From the NCBI GenBank assembly GCA_965209035.1, contig OZ242372.1, positions 116,497-180,496 on the forward strand: 64,000 nucleotides of DNA, read 5' to 3'. The translations under genes were made by a program, and so were the position numbers. Below, piece after piece: positions 9,082-19,037 of this stretch. Within the stretch, counting starts at the first letter, position 1. Every line of letters starts with the position of its first letter. Below the pieces are notes generated by a model that did not search any database, had not been told where the DNA came from, and saw only the letters and a program-made list of their open reading frames with translations. The stretch is from Gammaproteobacteria bacterium. Its GTDB lineage: Bacteria > Pseudomonadota > Gammaproteobacteria > CBDBNL01 > JAAOII01.

Positions 9082-10205
9082 CAGAAAGAGCGACCAAAAC
9101 GCACCAAGGCATCACCGGGCGAAACTTCCACGGAAAAGTTTGGCGCACGCGGCAAGGTTCTTTGGTTTGCCTGCAAAACATCCTGTGCCACACCGCCGGC
9201 AAGGGCTGCACCGGGGTTCCCCGGTGTCTGTCTGCTTAATTCCTCTTTTGTTGTCTCCAATACCCCGGATTTAACGGAAAGATCGGCAATTCTGTCGGAG
9301 TGGGTGATGATTGCCCCGGCAAGCCCGGCCGCCTTATTGGTTCCATGGACGGTGCCGATAATCGCATACTCTTCTCCGCCGGGCAACACCATGAGAGACA
9401 AATCCATATCCAGGCGTTGGGTGACCGGGTTAATCCGGTGGCGCGCAAAGAAGATTGTCCCTGTCGGAAGTTTCCTGTGTGTTCCAAAAAGATCCGCGGC
9501 GAGTTCCAATTCAATATCGGCCGTTTCGCTTGAAGAAACCTTCCGGGGTAAGAATACGCGCACCCAGGTCCCCGCCCGAATTCCAAACTTTTTGCGAGAA
9601 CCGAAAGGGTTAAGTTCTACAGAATGCTTGAGTTCCGAGTTACCGGCATCGGTATTATTCTTTGGGCGCGAGCGCGGTGCCGGCCGTTCTTGCGCTTGTT
9701 TTTGTCCTTTTCCCGGCCGCTGTTGCGGACCTTTGGAAAGCCGGTTCTTTGCCGGTGCTGTTCCGGTCTTAACCTCAGCGGCGCGCCCCGTCGTCGCAGA
9801 TGCCGGTGCCGGCCGGGCATCCTCTTTGACAACAAAATGATGTCCGAATTGTTTGGTATTCTTGCCTGTCTCCGTCAGACAGACTACCAGCTGTTCTTGT
9901 GCGTTGTAAGTTCCCTTAATCACGGTGTTACCCAGCAAGCAGCCGGGTTGCCGTTGCCCCGAAGCAAGCATCGCCGGGAAAATTTGATTGCGAATGAGGA
10001 TGCCCGGATACACATTTTTACCGTCGGAATATAATTGGCCGCGTTGATCCAACAGCGTATCACTCTGCAAGCGCGTTTTGCGTTCTCTTTGGTTCCGGAT
10101 CACTTCCTCGGTCCGACTGCGCAGTTCCTCTTTGGTCATAGCCGCAGACTGGGTTGCGACAGTGGTGCCCAACAACAAACTAATAAAACAAACGCTGAAT
10201 CTCAT
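9081..10205 (-). CDS. virB10: T4SS VirB10/TrbI-like protein
   Basis: Pro/Lys-rich middle region. The C-terminal region IRAGTWVRVFL...KLPTGTIFFARHRINPVTQRLDMDLSLMVLPGGEE...AAGLAGAIITHSD...FSVEVSPGDALVRF fits the VirB10/TrbI barrel pattern. It occupies the operon position after a VirB9-like gene. Confidence 0.65.
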   Translation of the reverse strand: MRFSVCFISLLLGTTVATQSAAMTKEELRSRTEEVIRNQRERKTRLQSDTLLDQRGQLYSDGKNVYPGILIRNQIFPAMLASGQRQPGCLLGNTVIKGTYNAQEQLVVCLTETGKNTKQFGHHFVVKEDARPAPASATTGRAAEVKTGTAPAKNRLSKGPQQRPGKGQKQAQERPAPRSRPKNNTDAGNSELKHSVELNPFGSRKKFGIRAGTWVRVFLPRKVSSSETADIELELAADLFGTHRKLPTGTIFFARHRINPVTQRLDMDLSLMVLPGGEEYAIIGTVHGTNKAAGLAGAIITHSDRIADLSVKSGVLETTKEELSRQTPGNPGAALAGGVAQDVLQANQRTLPRAPNFSVEVSPGDALVRFGRSF

Positions 10206-11061
10206 TGTTGTCGGCTGTCATGGTAATTTGCAGTCGGAATTTTTCTTTTATCAAAATATCGTTCTTGGTTAGGTAAATACATTCGTCTAACTTTTTCCCC
10301 GCATCAAAGCAAAACAGACGACCTTCGACGGCGATTTCGGAACCGCTTTGATTCTGTGCCCGGACATTCAACGCGGCAAGAGAAAACTTTTTGCCGTAGT
10401 GTTCCACCCAAAAATGCAATCCATAGGCACTGTGCGGATAGTAAAGAAAGTGATCCAAGTACACATCCGCCGTCTTAAATCCGCTGTCGCCGCCGCGGAA
10501 CATCTGCTTGATGTTTCTTTTACGCACACCGCGCAGCATCAATAACGCCAGATCTTCCCGATTGGTTAATGTATTCGCGGTCAGTAACCGCCTTTCGTAG
10601 TCTTCCCGCAACTGTGCCCGGATGGTTTCCACCCGATGGTTGATCAGAAAGTTTCGTTTTTCTTCGCTCAGCTCCAAGTAAACATCGCTAATGTGATCCG
10701 GGATCCGATTGCTGACAATCAAGTTGATTGCCAAGTTGTAGCCGGCAATGCTCATATACAACTTGCCGACACGCTCGTTTTTGCCGGTTGAAGTGATTAA
10801 GAAAACATTTTGTCCGATGAGATTGCCAACATCCCGGGTTACCGCAAAGTTCCCGGTATTGACCAGTTTGTAATTCAAAGGAGGTTTGAGTTCGGGGTCG
10901 TCCAACAAGAACGGAAACAATAGCCTGGTGCCGAGGTTTGGAACCACCTTAAGCGTGAACTGAGTGCGCTCTTGCAATGGGATCTTGAGTACTTCGCCGC
11001 TAAACGCATGCGCCGCATCGGACAAGAAGAGGACGCCGATTAAAGAAATTGCACGGAACAT
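10180..11061 (-). CDS. virB9: T4SS VirB9/TrbG-like protein
   Basis: 293 aa with a signal peptide (MFRAISLIGVLFLSDAAHA). The size and the position between the VirB8-like and VirB10-like genes fit VirB9. The call is mostly positional. Confidence 0.5.
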   Translation of the reverse strand: MFRAISLIGVLFLSDAAHAFSGEVLKIPLQERTQFTLKVVPNLGTRLLFPFLLDDPELKPPLNYKLVNTGNFAVTRDVGNLIGQNVFLITSTGKNERVGKLYMSIAGYNLAINLIVSNRIPDHISDVYLELSEEKRNFLINHRVETIRAQLREDYERRLLTANTLTNREDLALLMLRGVRKRNIKQMFRGGDSGFKTADVYLDHFLYYPHSAYGLHFWVEHYGKKFSLAALNVRAQNQSGSEIAVEGRLFCFDAGKKLDECIYLTKNDILIKEKFRLQITMTADNNEIQRLFY

Positions 11062-11720
11062 ACTTCAATGCCCAAATAATTGCGCTCGGAAATGGGAACC
11101 TGACGCATCGCCAATTCCAAGCGAAATATGCCGGAATTGTTTTGAATGTCCGCGGTAACATCGGTTTGATCGCTAATCAAAACCTTCCCCAGAAGTGAAA
11201 CTTGAATATCATCCGTATTCAAATATTTCAAAATATTAAATTCGGTGAAAATAACGCGAGAAATCTGGACTCTTTGAATGATCTCGGCAAGTCTGCCGCC
11301 TTCAATCCACTCTTTCTGGGTCTTGAGACGCAATGCGGGACACATGGCCGCCAAAGCAATTTCGGCATCCGAATACACGGTCGCCGAATTTTGGCTCAGA
11401 TAATGCGCGACAAAACGCTTGCTGACAGATTCCAATTGTGCTTCGGTAATGGGGGGCTGGCGTTGGTACTCAATGTGTCCTATAAATCTGCCGTCCTTGT
11501 CCGCCAATAGCACCGGCACAGGTCTCAAGATGAGCGCGGCAAAGATAACGCTGCCGCCGGATAAAATCACGAATAACAGAACAAACAAGCACAAGTTTTG
11601 CAACCGAATGGCGCGCCATATGTCGCCGCCGGCGGTTCGCCCGGGCCTATCCGCAGCATGATTTAACCGCCGCAAGCCAAAACCGCGCATTAACAGATGT
11701 GTTTTTATTAAACCTTTCAA
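11040..11720 (-). CDS. virB8: T4SS VirB8/TrbF-like protein
   Basis: 226 aa with a single N-terminal TM (LCLFVLLFVILSGGSVIFAALIL) followed by a ~150-aa periplasmic domain. The call rests on size, topology and operon position. Confidence 0.5.
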   Translation of the reverse strand: MKGLIKTHLLMRGFGLRRLNHAADRPGRTAGGDIWRAIRLQNLCLFVLLFVILSGGSVIFAALILRPVPVLLADKDGRFIGHIEYQRQPPITEAQLESVSKRFVAHYLSQNSATVYSDAEIALAAMCPALRLKTQKEWIEGGRLAEIIQRVQISRVIFTEFNILKYLNTDDIQVSLLGKVLISDQTDVTADIQNNSGIFRLELAMRQVPISERNYLGIEVCSVQFL

Positions 11721-11726
11721 TGTTAT

Positions 11727-13169
11727 TTACTTCGGTATTTTTTCCTCTCGGGCAACACGGGCAGCGGTACGGACATTGCCCGGCAGTTCACTGCGATCTA
11801 ACTTCCCTTCGTGTGTAATAACTGTTGTTAACATCGGCGGTTTACGGGGCCGCCCACCGGTGGCGGAGCCACCCTTTTCCGATTTCTCTTGCCCGGTTTT
11901 TGGCTTTTTATTCGCCGGCTTGCTACCCGCCGATTTGCTACCCGCCGATTTGCCGCCCGCCGACTTGCCGCCTCGCGACTTGCTGCCCGCCGACTTGGAA
12001 GAGGACCGCGGCAATTCTCTTTTTTTTGATGCCCCCGCTTCGCCGGGTAGCCGGCCGGACGGCAGCGGCACGGAAGGAGATGCGACACGCACACCCCCGG
12101 TCGCGGCAGTTGTCATCATCCGGGTCATCGCAGCCGCCGGCAATGCCAAAGCGGTTGCCATGCCTGCAATATTTCCCGGCGACATCAGGTATGTCTTTAC
12201 GATCCATATGCTCGCCAACAAAGATAACCCGATCAGAATATTAACTGTGGTGATCATCACATAAAAAACGGAAACGGCAAAGGCGGGTAACCTTTCATCG
12301 GTTCCTATTGCGAATCTGAGGGCACTGATACCCAAATCGCCGATTGCCGCAACCATCACTCCTTCGGTCATTGCCCACAGAAAAATAAAAGTGGTGATCA
12401 TAAACCAATTCTTTGGAAGACTGCTATTCTTAAGAATTAAGAGTGGCAACAGAAACATTCCCAAAACATAATTAAGGACATACAAGAGGTTACGCGCATA
12501 GTTCAACAGACCATGCAAAACCATCACACCCCATTTGGAAGTCCAGGCAAGAACATATTGCGTGTATAAAGACACGGTCCTGTCCGCCAAACGCCAAATG
12601 ATGTTGGTGCCGGATTTTTTGCTTTCAAATTCTTCGGTGACACTTTCCACCTGCCGCATCACACCCTCAAAAGTATAGCCGTTTGGCAAGACAGCATAAA
12701 TGACACCGTTGGAAAACAAAGTAACCTGATGTAACAGAAACCGGTATAACGCCAGCAGCAGAACCACCAAGCCGGTCACATAAAAAATGTTCAAAACAGC
12801 CCGGGCATCCGAGGACGGTGACTGTATTTCTTGAAACAGCCTGGAACCGGCACAAATAATGATCATCGGTCCCAGTAAGGGACCCAAGAGAATGTCCGCC
12901 TTTTGCATCAGATGCTCAAAGACTGTCGTATTGTCTCTTAACCCAAGATAAAAGCGCAGCAACATCTGTCCGAGCGATAATTTGTCAAACGACTCGACGA
13001 ATGTTTCCAATTTTTCATCCGGCAGGTTGTTTGCTATGTCTGCCGGCACGCCGATATCCGTGATACCCTCGGCATGTGCGGCATGCGCAGCGAGGGCCAA
13101 AAAAGAAAGAAGCAGACCGGGAATGCATAACCTCCCGTAACGAAAAAGAACAGATACCTCCGCAAGCAT
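11727..13169 (-). CDS. virB6: T4SS VirB6/TrbL-like polytopic membrane protein with a basic C-terminal (S/G)KSAG repeat tail
   Basis: 480 aa with a signal-like N-terminus and at least 5 hydrophobic segments. It lies after a VirB5/TrbJ-like gene. The C-terminal SKSAGSKSRGGKSAGGKSAGSKSAGSK is encoded by a 5 x 15-bp repeat (11919-11995). Confidence 0.55.
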   Translation of the reverse strand: MLAEVSVLFRYGRLCIPGLLLSFLALAAHAAHAEGITDIGVPADIANNLPDEKLETFVESFDKLSLGQMLLRFYLGLRDNTTVFEHLMQKADILLGPLLGPMIIICAGSRLFQEIQSPSSDARAVLNIFYVTGLVVLLLALYRFLLHQVTLFSNGVIYAVLPNGYTFEGVMRQVESVTEEFESKKSGTNIIWRLADRTVSLYTQYVLAWTSKWGVMVLHGLLNYARNLLYVLNYVLGMFLLPLLILKNSSLPKNWFMITTFIFLWAMTEGVMVAAIGDLGISALRFAIGTDERLPAFAVSVFYVMITTVNILIGLSLLASIWIVKTYLMSPGNIAGMATALALPAAAMTRMMTTAATGGVRVASPSVPLPSGRLPGEAGASKKRELPRSSSKSAGSKSRGGKSAGGKSAGSKSAGSKPANKKPKTGQEKSEKGGSATGGRPRKPPMLTTVITHEGKLDRSELPGNVRTAARVAREEKIPK

Positions 13170-13202
13170 TTTTTGCTGTGTGATTGCTTCTTTAATAACG
13201 CA

Positions 13203-13844
13203 TCATTGCTCGTCGTTAAAAACCGAATACATGCCCAGCACTTGTTGGCGATGGCTCAACGCGCGCAATCGGTAACGGGTTTCATCCCGCACAGTATGCG
13301 CGTTCATGTCCGCCATGGTTCTGTATATTCCGGCAAGAAGTTGCCCTTCCGCGCTGGCGTCTTGTTTGTATGCCATTTCTTTTTCGGTTGCGCCCGCCGT
13401 CCCAACCAGCCACTCGGTTTCGGCAATCATATCGAGCGTGTCGGCAATACCCAGAAGAACTTCCCGCGTGTTGCCTTGCGTCGCCTTGTTGGCAAGATCG
13501 CGTATCGCTTTGGCGTCGCGATAGATCGCGCCCAGTTTCAGCGGATCCGACCCGACCGACCGTGCGGTTTCCTCCAGTTTGTCGGCGGAACTCACTAGTT
13601 TCCGAATCTCACCGGCATATACATTGCTTTTGCGAAAAAATGCCCGTTCTTGAGTCTCCGCCAACCTTTGTTGCAAGTTAATGTAGTCTTCCGTTCGCTC
13701 AATCAATGTTGTCATCTGCGTGATAATCTCGGTTAGTTTGGCGATTTCTATGGAATCCGCCGCACCGAAGGCGTCGGCACGCACCTGGGCGGATAACAGC
13801 CCGGTTATCAAGAACAATAAAATATAACGGCGTGCTTGGTTCAT
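13203..13844 (-). CDS. T4SS VirB5/TrbJ-like secreted helical protein
   Basis: 213 aa with a signal peptide (LLFLITGLLSAQVRA) and helical, coiled-coil-like composition. It lies between the VirB4-like and VirB6-like genes. Confidence 0.4.
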   Translation of the reverse strand: MNQARRYILLFLITGLLSAQVRADAFGAADSIEIAKLTEIITQMTTLIERTEDYINLQQRLAETQERAFFRKSNVYAGEIRKLVSSADKLEETARSVGSDPLKLGAIYRDAKAIRDLANKATQGNTREVLLGIADTLDMIAETEWLVGTAGATEKEMAYKQDASAEGQLLAGIYRTMADMNAHTVRDETRYRLRALSHRQQVLGMYSVFNDEQ

Positions 13845-13857
13845 CTTTTAAAGATAA

Positions 13858-16206
13858 TCAAAGATAATGCCGTAAAAGTTCCCGATAGGCATCTTGCATA
13901 TCCGGATATTTTTTCATCAGGGTTTCTTTTAATTCCAAGGATTCGGCACGCGTATCCCCGATGGCTAAAAATTCCGGCGGGTAAGTCAAAAAGACATCGT
14001 GCCATTTGCCACCAAACCCCACCATGGCCGGGCGGTGATCCGGATAGGTTTGACGATAACCGCGCCAGGTCTTATAGGCCTGTTCGTTGAGATCCGAAAA
14101 ATGCTCCTTAATGCGGGAATGTCGCCCTTCCGTGTAAAGAAGATTGGTGATGTACATTTGATTGACAAGGGCCGGATCCAAGCGCGCGATGTCGTCAATC
14201 TCTTGGGTGATCAAACTGATGTAGCCACTTTCCTTGCGTCCCATCCGCGCTATCTGAACGCACAGGGTGCGGATGGTTTCTTTGTCGGCGCGAATAAACT
14301 CGTGTAACTCGTCTATGACGATAAAAGTGGGGGTGCGCCGAAAAAGTGCTTTTTGACCGTAACGCAAACTTAAAAAAGTCAGGTAGGTGATGAGGAGTTG
14401 CGGCTCGTCCTTCAGTTTTTTAAAGTCCGCGCCAAACAACGGCACATTGAGGCTCATATTATCTTCTTCCTTAAAGCGTTCGCCTATGATCGTATCCAAA
14501 AAACTGCCGACATTCAAAATCAAATTGTCGCGCGCGTATTTTTGTTTTTCGTTTAGGCTTTTTTCCTCCAATTCCCCGAGTCCCATATGAAAATGCGCCA
14601 AAGTCGGCGCCTTATGCACCGAGTGTTTCTTTACAAACTGTTCGTTATAGATATTCCGAATCGCCATTTCGCATACCGCCACCTCATGCACGCTCATTTC
14701 CGGTTTGCCGTCTGTGAGAATGCGGACCAGAGAGCGCACCGTCGGCGACACCAATGCCGAAGACATCTTTGCGCCGACATCGGCACACAACGGAAACGGG
14801 TTAATGACGCTCGTATCCGGATCTATGGCAACATAGTCGCCGCCCAACATCTTAAAAAGAAACTCATAGGTATTGCCGATTTCAATCGTATAAAAGTCAT
14901 AGCCGAGACCGAACAATTGCAGTATTCTGGCACAATTCATCACTCCCTTGCCGCTGCCGGTTTTGGCGATGGTCAGCGAATGATAAAATTCGCCGCCGCT
15001 TTTATTGGTGTAATCAAAACCGACAAATGTGAAGTTGGTGCTGACAAATGCTTCCTGATGTCCGGTTCCCTGTCCGAAACACACCGCGGGCAGGAGGCTC
15101 ATGATCATTTCGGTATGATCTTGACGCATGAACTTGCCGGCATACATATTGGTCGGTAACGAATAAATGATGGCATGCTCCGTCAAATACTCGGACTCCA
15201 AGACAGCCCCAAGCACCGCAAGTTGCTCGGACAAAGATGCCGCTTGTTCTTCTATTTCTTCCTCTGATCCGTAAAGTTTGCAGTAAAACGCATTGGTAAA
15301 GATTTGCAAGCCGTTTTCCACCACATAACGCCGCCAGGCGGAGATGTCTTCCAAACGCTTCTCGGCTTCCACATCCGCCTGCGCGATCTGTCGTTCTTGA
15401 CGAATTTCCTCGCCGCCGCTTTTACGCAGAAAATGCGCATGATCACAACGCCTCAGATAAAACGCAATATCCAACTCCACAGGCAAACACGCCACCAGAT
15501 CGGTTAAGAGACGCACATTGGGTTCGGGATAAAAATACATCAAAAAAGGTTTAATCATCACCGAGTTCATACGGTAAAGCCCCCCTCTTTTTTCCCCGGT
15601 CGGTGTCAGAATGTCTCGTAACATATAACCCGATTCCGGTAATTTTTTACAGGGGTGGTAATGCGAAGATTCGTATAAGAAGCGTATTCCTTCTTCGGTA
15701 CTCAGAAATCGCAGATCGCGAAAACCGCGCAATCCTTTTTGGCAATATTCTTCAAGTTTTGTGCAATTTTGTATTGCCTCTTCCAAAATCCGTTCGGGAC
15801 CATCGGCAACGAACAAATTTAACAGATTGCGGGCAAGTGTCCCAGGTCTGTGCCACTGAATCACAACAAATATCCGATTAAGGTAAAAATAGTCGGCAAG
15901 ATGTTTCATATAGGTCTTCCTTAAAGAACTCAAAACAACGGATTCTCTTTTCAGTGGCTGATTGCCAAACATTGCCGCATTCCGTTTGTCCCGTCTGCGT
16001 CTGATATGAAACTCCAACGAAACTTCAAAGGGGGCGGTATCAATGAGAGCGCGCAAGCCATTCAAGTAAGTGCCGGCCGTCTCTTCGGATGCCATGTAGA
16101 TATCGTAGCCTTCTATTTCGGCGATTACGCTTAGGGTCCCGTCCGTGTGAAGAAAGTAACGCTCGCCCAGGGGGCGCCAACCTTTCAGTGCATGTTCAAG
16201 TCGCAA
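13858..16206 (-). CDS. virB4: T4SS ATPase VirB4/TrbE
   Basis: 782 aa with Walker A (AKTGSGKGV) and Walker B (TFIVIDELHEF). The size and the position after VirB2/VirB3-like genes fit VirB4. Confidence 0.8.
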   Translation of the reverse strand: MRLEHALKGWRPLGERYFLHTDGTLSVIAEIEGYDIYMASEETAGTYLNGLRALIDTAPFEVSLEFHIRRRRDKRNAAMFGNQPLKRESVVLSSLRKTYMKHLADYFYLNRIFVVIQWHRPGTLARNLLNLFVADGPERILEEAIQNCTKLEEYCQKGLRGFRDLRFLSTEEGIRFLYESSHYHPCKKLPESGYMLRDILTPTGEKRGGLYRMNSVMIKPFLMYFYPEPNVRLLTDLVACLPVELDIAFYLRRCDHAHFLRKSGGEEIRQERQIAQADVEAEKRLEDISAWRRYVVENGLQIFTNAFYCKLYGSEEEIEEQAASLSEQLAVLGAVLESEYLTEHAIIYSLPTNMYAGKFMRQDHTEMIMSLLPAVCFGQGTGHQEAFVSTNFTFVGFDYTNKSGGEFYHSLTIAKTGSGKGVMNCARILQLFGLGYDFYTIEIGNTYEFLFKMLGGDYVAIDPDTSVINPFPLCADVGAKMSSALVSPTVRSLVRILTDGKPEMSVHEVAVCEMAIRNIYNEQFVKKHSVHKAPTLAHFHMGLGELEEKSLNEKQKYARDNLILNVGSFLDTIIGERFKEEDNMSLNVPLFGADFKKLKDEPQLLITYLTFLSLRYGQKALFRRTPTFIVIDELHEFIRADKETIRTLCVQIARMGRKESGYISLITQEIDDIARLDPALVNQMYITNLLYTEGRHSRIKEHFSDLNEQAYKTWRGYRQTYPDHRPAMVGFGGKWHDVFLTYPPEFLAIGDTRAESLELKETLMKKYPDMQDAYRELLRHYL

Positions 16207-16216
16207 TAGGGCCTCT

Positions 16217-16486
16217 TCATTCGTATATCCGTCCGGCTCGTCGCAGGATCCTAGCCCTATTGATTGCCGGCAAGATCACCGCTCGTTGTCCGATCTTCAT
16301 TATTTGATATATTTTTGTCACAATCAAGATCAAACTAAAAACGATGAACGGACGCAAAATATTCACATCCTTCACCGGCAATAATAAGACGACAACCAAA
16401 AGAAACGCGGTCGCTGCGAGGGTCACTGCCGGCAATGGGATACCAAAAAGATATCTTGGTAATAGCCTCCCGTTATATGCCGCCAT
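16217..16486 (-). CDS. virB3: T4SS VirB3/TrbD-like protein
   Basis: I prefer the internal ATG at 16486 (MAAYNGRLLPRYLFGIPLPAVTLAATAFLLVVVLLL...), which gives 89 aa starting 12 nt after the upstream stop. The 144-aa track ORF would overlap the pilin-like gene by about 150 bp. Confidence 0.55.
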   Translation of the reverse strand: MAAYNGRLLPRYLFGIPLPAVTLAATAFLLVVVLLLPVKDVNILRPFIVFSLILIVTKIYQIMKIGQRAVILPAINRARILRRAGRIYE

Positions 16487-16497
16487 TTGTCGCCCTT

Positions 16498-16818
16498 TTA
16501 GCCGACAAAGCCGGCAAACAATGCCGGTAATGTCGTTATCATCAGTAGTACCAATGCCGCTGCGCCCAACTTGAACGCTCGGCCTTTTATGTCCTCGGCA
16601 TCCTTCCCGACCATCAAATCCTTGGCAAATAAAACGGCAAAAAGTGCCCATATCCCCCAGAGAAAAGAAGTCAAGAAGTTAAGTGCTCCGCTCATAAAAC
16701 GCCCAAGCGTTTGAGTCGCGTCGCCTCCGCTTTGTAAGTATTCCGGTAAGGTACCTACCGCGAGAACGATTGTCTCGTAGGGCATCACACCGATAATACC
16801 AATAAGAATAATAAACAT
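16498..16818 (-). CDS. virB2: T4SS VirB2/TrbC-like pilin
   Basis: 106 aa with a hydrophobic leader and two further hydrophobic segments (FLTSFLWGIWALFAVLFA, LGAAALVLLMITTLPALFAGFV). It is the first gene of the operon. Confidence 0.5.
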   Translation of the reverse strand: MFIILIGIIGVMPYETIVLAVGTLPEYLQSGGDATQTLGRFMSGALNFLTSFLWGIWALFAVLFAKDLMVGKDAEDIKGRAFKLGAAALVLLMITTLPALFAGFVG

Positions 16819-17011
16819 AGCCTTTATTTCCGCTTACTCCTAAAGTTATCACAAAAGTAATCTTCCGTAGAAAACTACTTTGGTGTTATTATAGAAATAA
16901 AAACCAAAAATAACACAAAAAAATCGGTTTTTTTTCGTTTTTTAAAAATTCCCGGAAATGAGGCACCGGCGGAAGGACAAGATAAAGACTGCATAAGCGG
17001 CACCCACCCAC

Positions 17012-17710
17012 TTATAACAGGCCCTCTTCACTGAACGACAAGGTTTTGCTGCCGCCAATGATGAAGTGATCCAACAACCGTATATCCACCAATTCACAAG
17101 CATCTTTTACCCGCCTTGTGATGCGTTTGTCCGCCTCGCTTGGTTCCGTGAAGCCGGAAGGATGATTATGGGCGATGACAATGGCAGCCGCATTAACCTT
17201 AAGGGCATAACGAATAATCTCGCGCGGATAGACACGCGCGGAATCAATAGTCCCTTGGAACATCTCACGGAACTCCAATATGCGATGCTTGTTATCCATG
17301 AAAATGCAAGCAAAAACCTCATTGCCTCTGCTGCCAAGGACATGCGACAAGTATTCGCGCATGCGTTTAACGGAGGTAATGGGGTCGGTTTCGCGGCGTA
17401 AAATGTCTTCCAAGTAGCGGCGCGCCAATTCTATGATGGCGCGAAACTGCACATACTTGGCTTCGCCCAGCCCTTTTTCTTGACAAAACTCTTTCTTGCT
17501 GCTTTCCAACAACCATTTGAGTCCGCGCTTGTCTATGAGTTCTTCCGCCAATGCCATCACGCCCTTGCCGGTATAGCCGACACGCAGAAAGATTGCGAGA
17601 AGTTCTTTGTCGCTCAGATGACGGGCACCATACCGCAAGAGTTTTTCTCGCGGTCTGTCTTCGCCGGGGCGCCAATGGTTATTCTGAGGTGCTCTGCCGT
17701 CGGTGGACAT
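17012..17710 (-). CDS. radC: RadC-family JAB/MPN-domain protein
   Basis: RPREKLLRYGARHLSDKELLAIFLRVG...; JAMM motif IAHNHPSGFTEPSEAD. Confidence 0.9.
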   Translation of the reverse strand: MSTDGRAPQNNHWRPGEDRPREKLLRYGARHLSDKELLAIFLRVGYTGKGVMALAEELIDKRGLKWLLESSKKEFCQEKGLGEAKYVQFRAIIELARRYLEDILRRETDPITSVKRMREYLSHVLGSRGNEVFACIFMDNKHRILEFREMFQGTIDSARVYPREIIRYALKVNAAAIVIAHNHPSGFTEPSEADKRITRRVKDACELVDIRLLDHFIIGGSKTLSFSEEGLL

Positions 17711-19037
17711 CCGGACGTGCCTGCTCTATGAGTTTTCCGGCATAGTCTGGGACGTCGTTTTTTAGCCTCTCGCCGCCTATCATTCTGCCTCTTTTAATTT
17801 TTCTTTCCATAGTGGATGGTATTTTGTTGAAAGCATTTTATTTTTTTAATGAAACTCCTTGTCAATTGTTTTAGTTTTTGTAACCGCCGTAACCGTATAG
17901 CACGCATCCGCATGCACCGCAATCCGCGGGTGATGCGTAATACAAATAACTTGCGTGTTGCCGCCCAAGAGCGCAAGAGTTTTTCTCGCGGTTGCCTTCG
18001 CCGGGGCGCCAATGGTTATTCTGAGGTGCTCTGCCGTCAGTGGACATCCGGACGTGCCTGCTCTATGAGTTTGCCGGCATAGTCCGGGACGTCGTTTTTT
18101 AGCCTCTCGCCGCCTATCATTCTGCCTCTTTTAATTTTTCTTTCCATAGTTGATGGTATTTTGTTGAAAGTATTTTAATGGAACTCCTTGTCAATTGTTT
18201 TAGTTTTTGTAACCGCCGTAACCGTATAGCACGCATCCGCATGCACCGCAATCCGCGGGTGATGCGTAATACAAATAACTTGCGTGTTGCCGCCCAAGAG
18301 CGCAAGAGTTTTTCTCGCGGTTGCCTTCGCCGGGGCGCCAAGGGTTATTTTGAGATACTCCTCTGCCGTCAGTGGACATCCGGACGTGCCTGCTCTGTGA
18401 GTTTGCCGGCATAGTCCGGCACGTCGTTTTTTAGCCTCTCGCCGCCTATCATTCTGCCTCTTTTAATTTTTCTTTCCATAGTTGATGGTATTTTGTTGAA
18501 AGCATTTTAATGGAACTCCTTGTCAATTGTTTTAGTTTTTGTAACCGCCGTAACCGTATAGCGCGCATCCGCAGGTGCCATAATCCGCGGGTGATGCGTA
18601 ATACAAATGACTTGCGTGTTGCCGCCCAAGAGCGCAAGAGTTTTTCTCGCGGTTGCCTTCGCCGGGGCGCCAAGGGTTATTTTGAGATACTCCTCTGCCG
18701 TCAGTGGACATCCGGACGTGCCTGCTCTATGAGTTTGCCGGCATAGTCCGGCACGTCGTTTTTTAGCCTCTCGCCGCCTATCATTCTGCCTCTTTTAATT
18801 TTTCTTTCCATAGTTGATGGTATTTTGTTGAAAGCATTTTAATGGAACTCCTTGTCAATTGTTTTAGTTTTTGTAACCGCCGTAACCGTATAGCGCGCAT
18901 CCGCAGGTGCCATAATCCGCGGGTGATGCGTAATACAAATAACTTGCGTGTTGCCGCCCAAGAGCGCAAGAGTTTTTCTCGCGGTTGCCTTCGCCGGGGC
19001 GCCAAGGGTTATTTTGAGATACTCCTCTGCCGTCAGT
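17705..19037. repeat. Tandem array of 4 units (337, 332, 332, 332 bp), each made of a radC 5' fragment plus a degenerate recN 3' end
   Basis: The anchor GGACATCCGGACGTGCC recurs at 17705, 18042, 18374, 18706 and 19038. The units carry frameshifted recN C-terminal coding sequence and the ATGTCCACTGA recN-stop/radC-start overlap. Confidence 0.9.

Noticed and set aside
9010-9840. 276-aa plus-strand ORF
   Set aside because: It is antisense to the virB10-like gene and has an Arg/Pro/Ser-rich shadow-frame composition.
16217-16651. 144-aa form of the VirB3-like ORF
   Set aside because: The first 55 codons overlap the pilin-like gene in another frame and are Cys/Arg/Gly-rich. The ATG at 16486 gives a typical ~90-aa VirB3-like protein.
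17705-19037. Regularly spaced repeats that could be mistaken for a CRISPR-like array
   Set aside because: The period is 332-337 bp and the whole unit is repeated, so there are no short repeats alternating with unique spacers. The content is clearly recN/radC-derived coding sequence. The 70-78-aa ORFs on both strands (e.g. 17794-18012, 18117-18341, 18178-18414, 18449-18673, 18781-19005) are frame-shifted fragments of that sequence, not independent genes.
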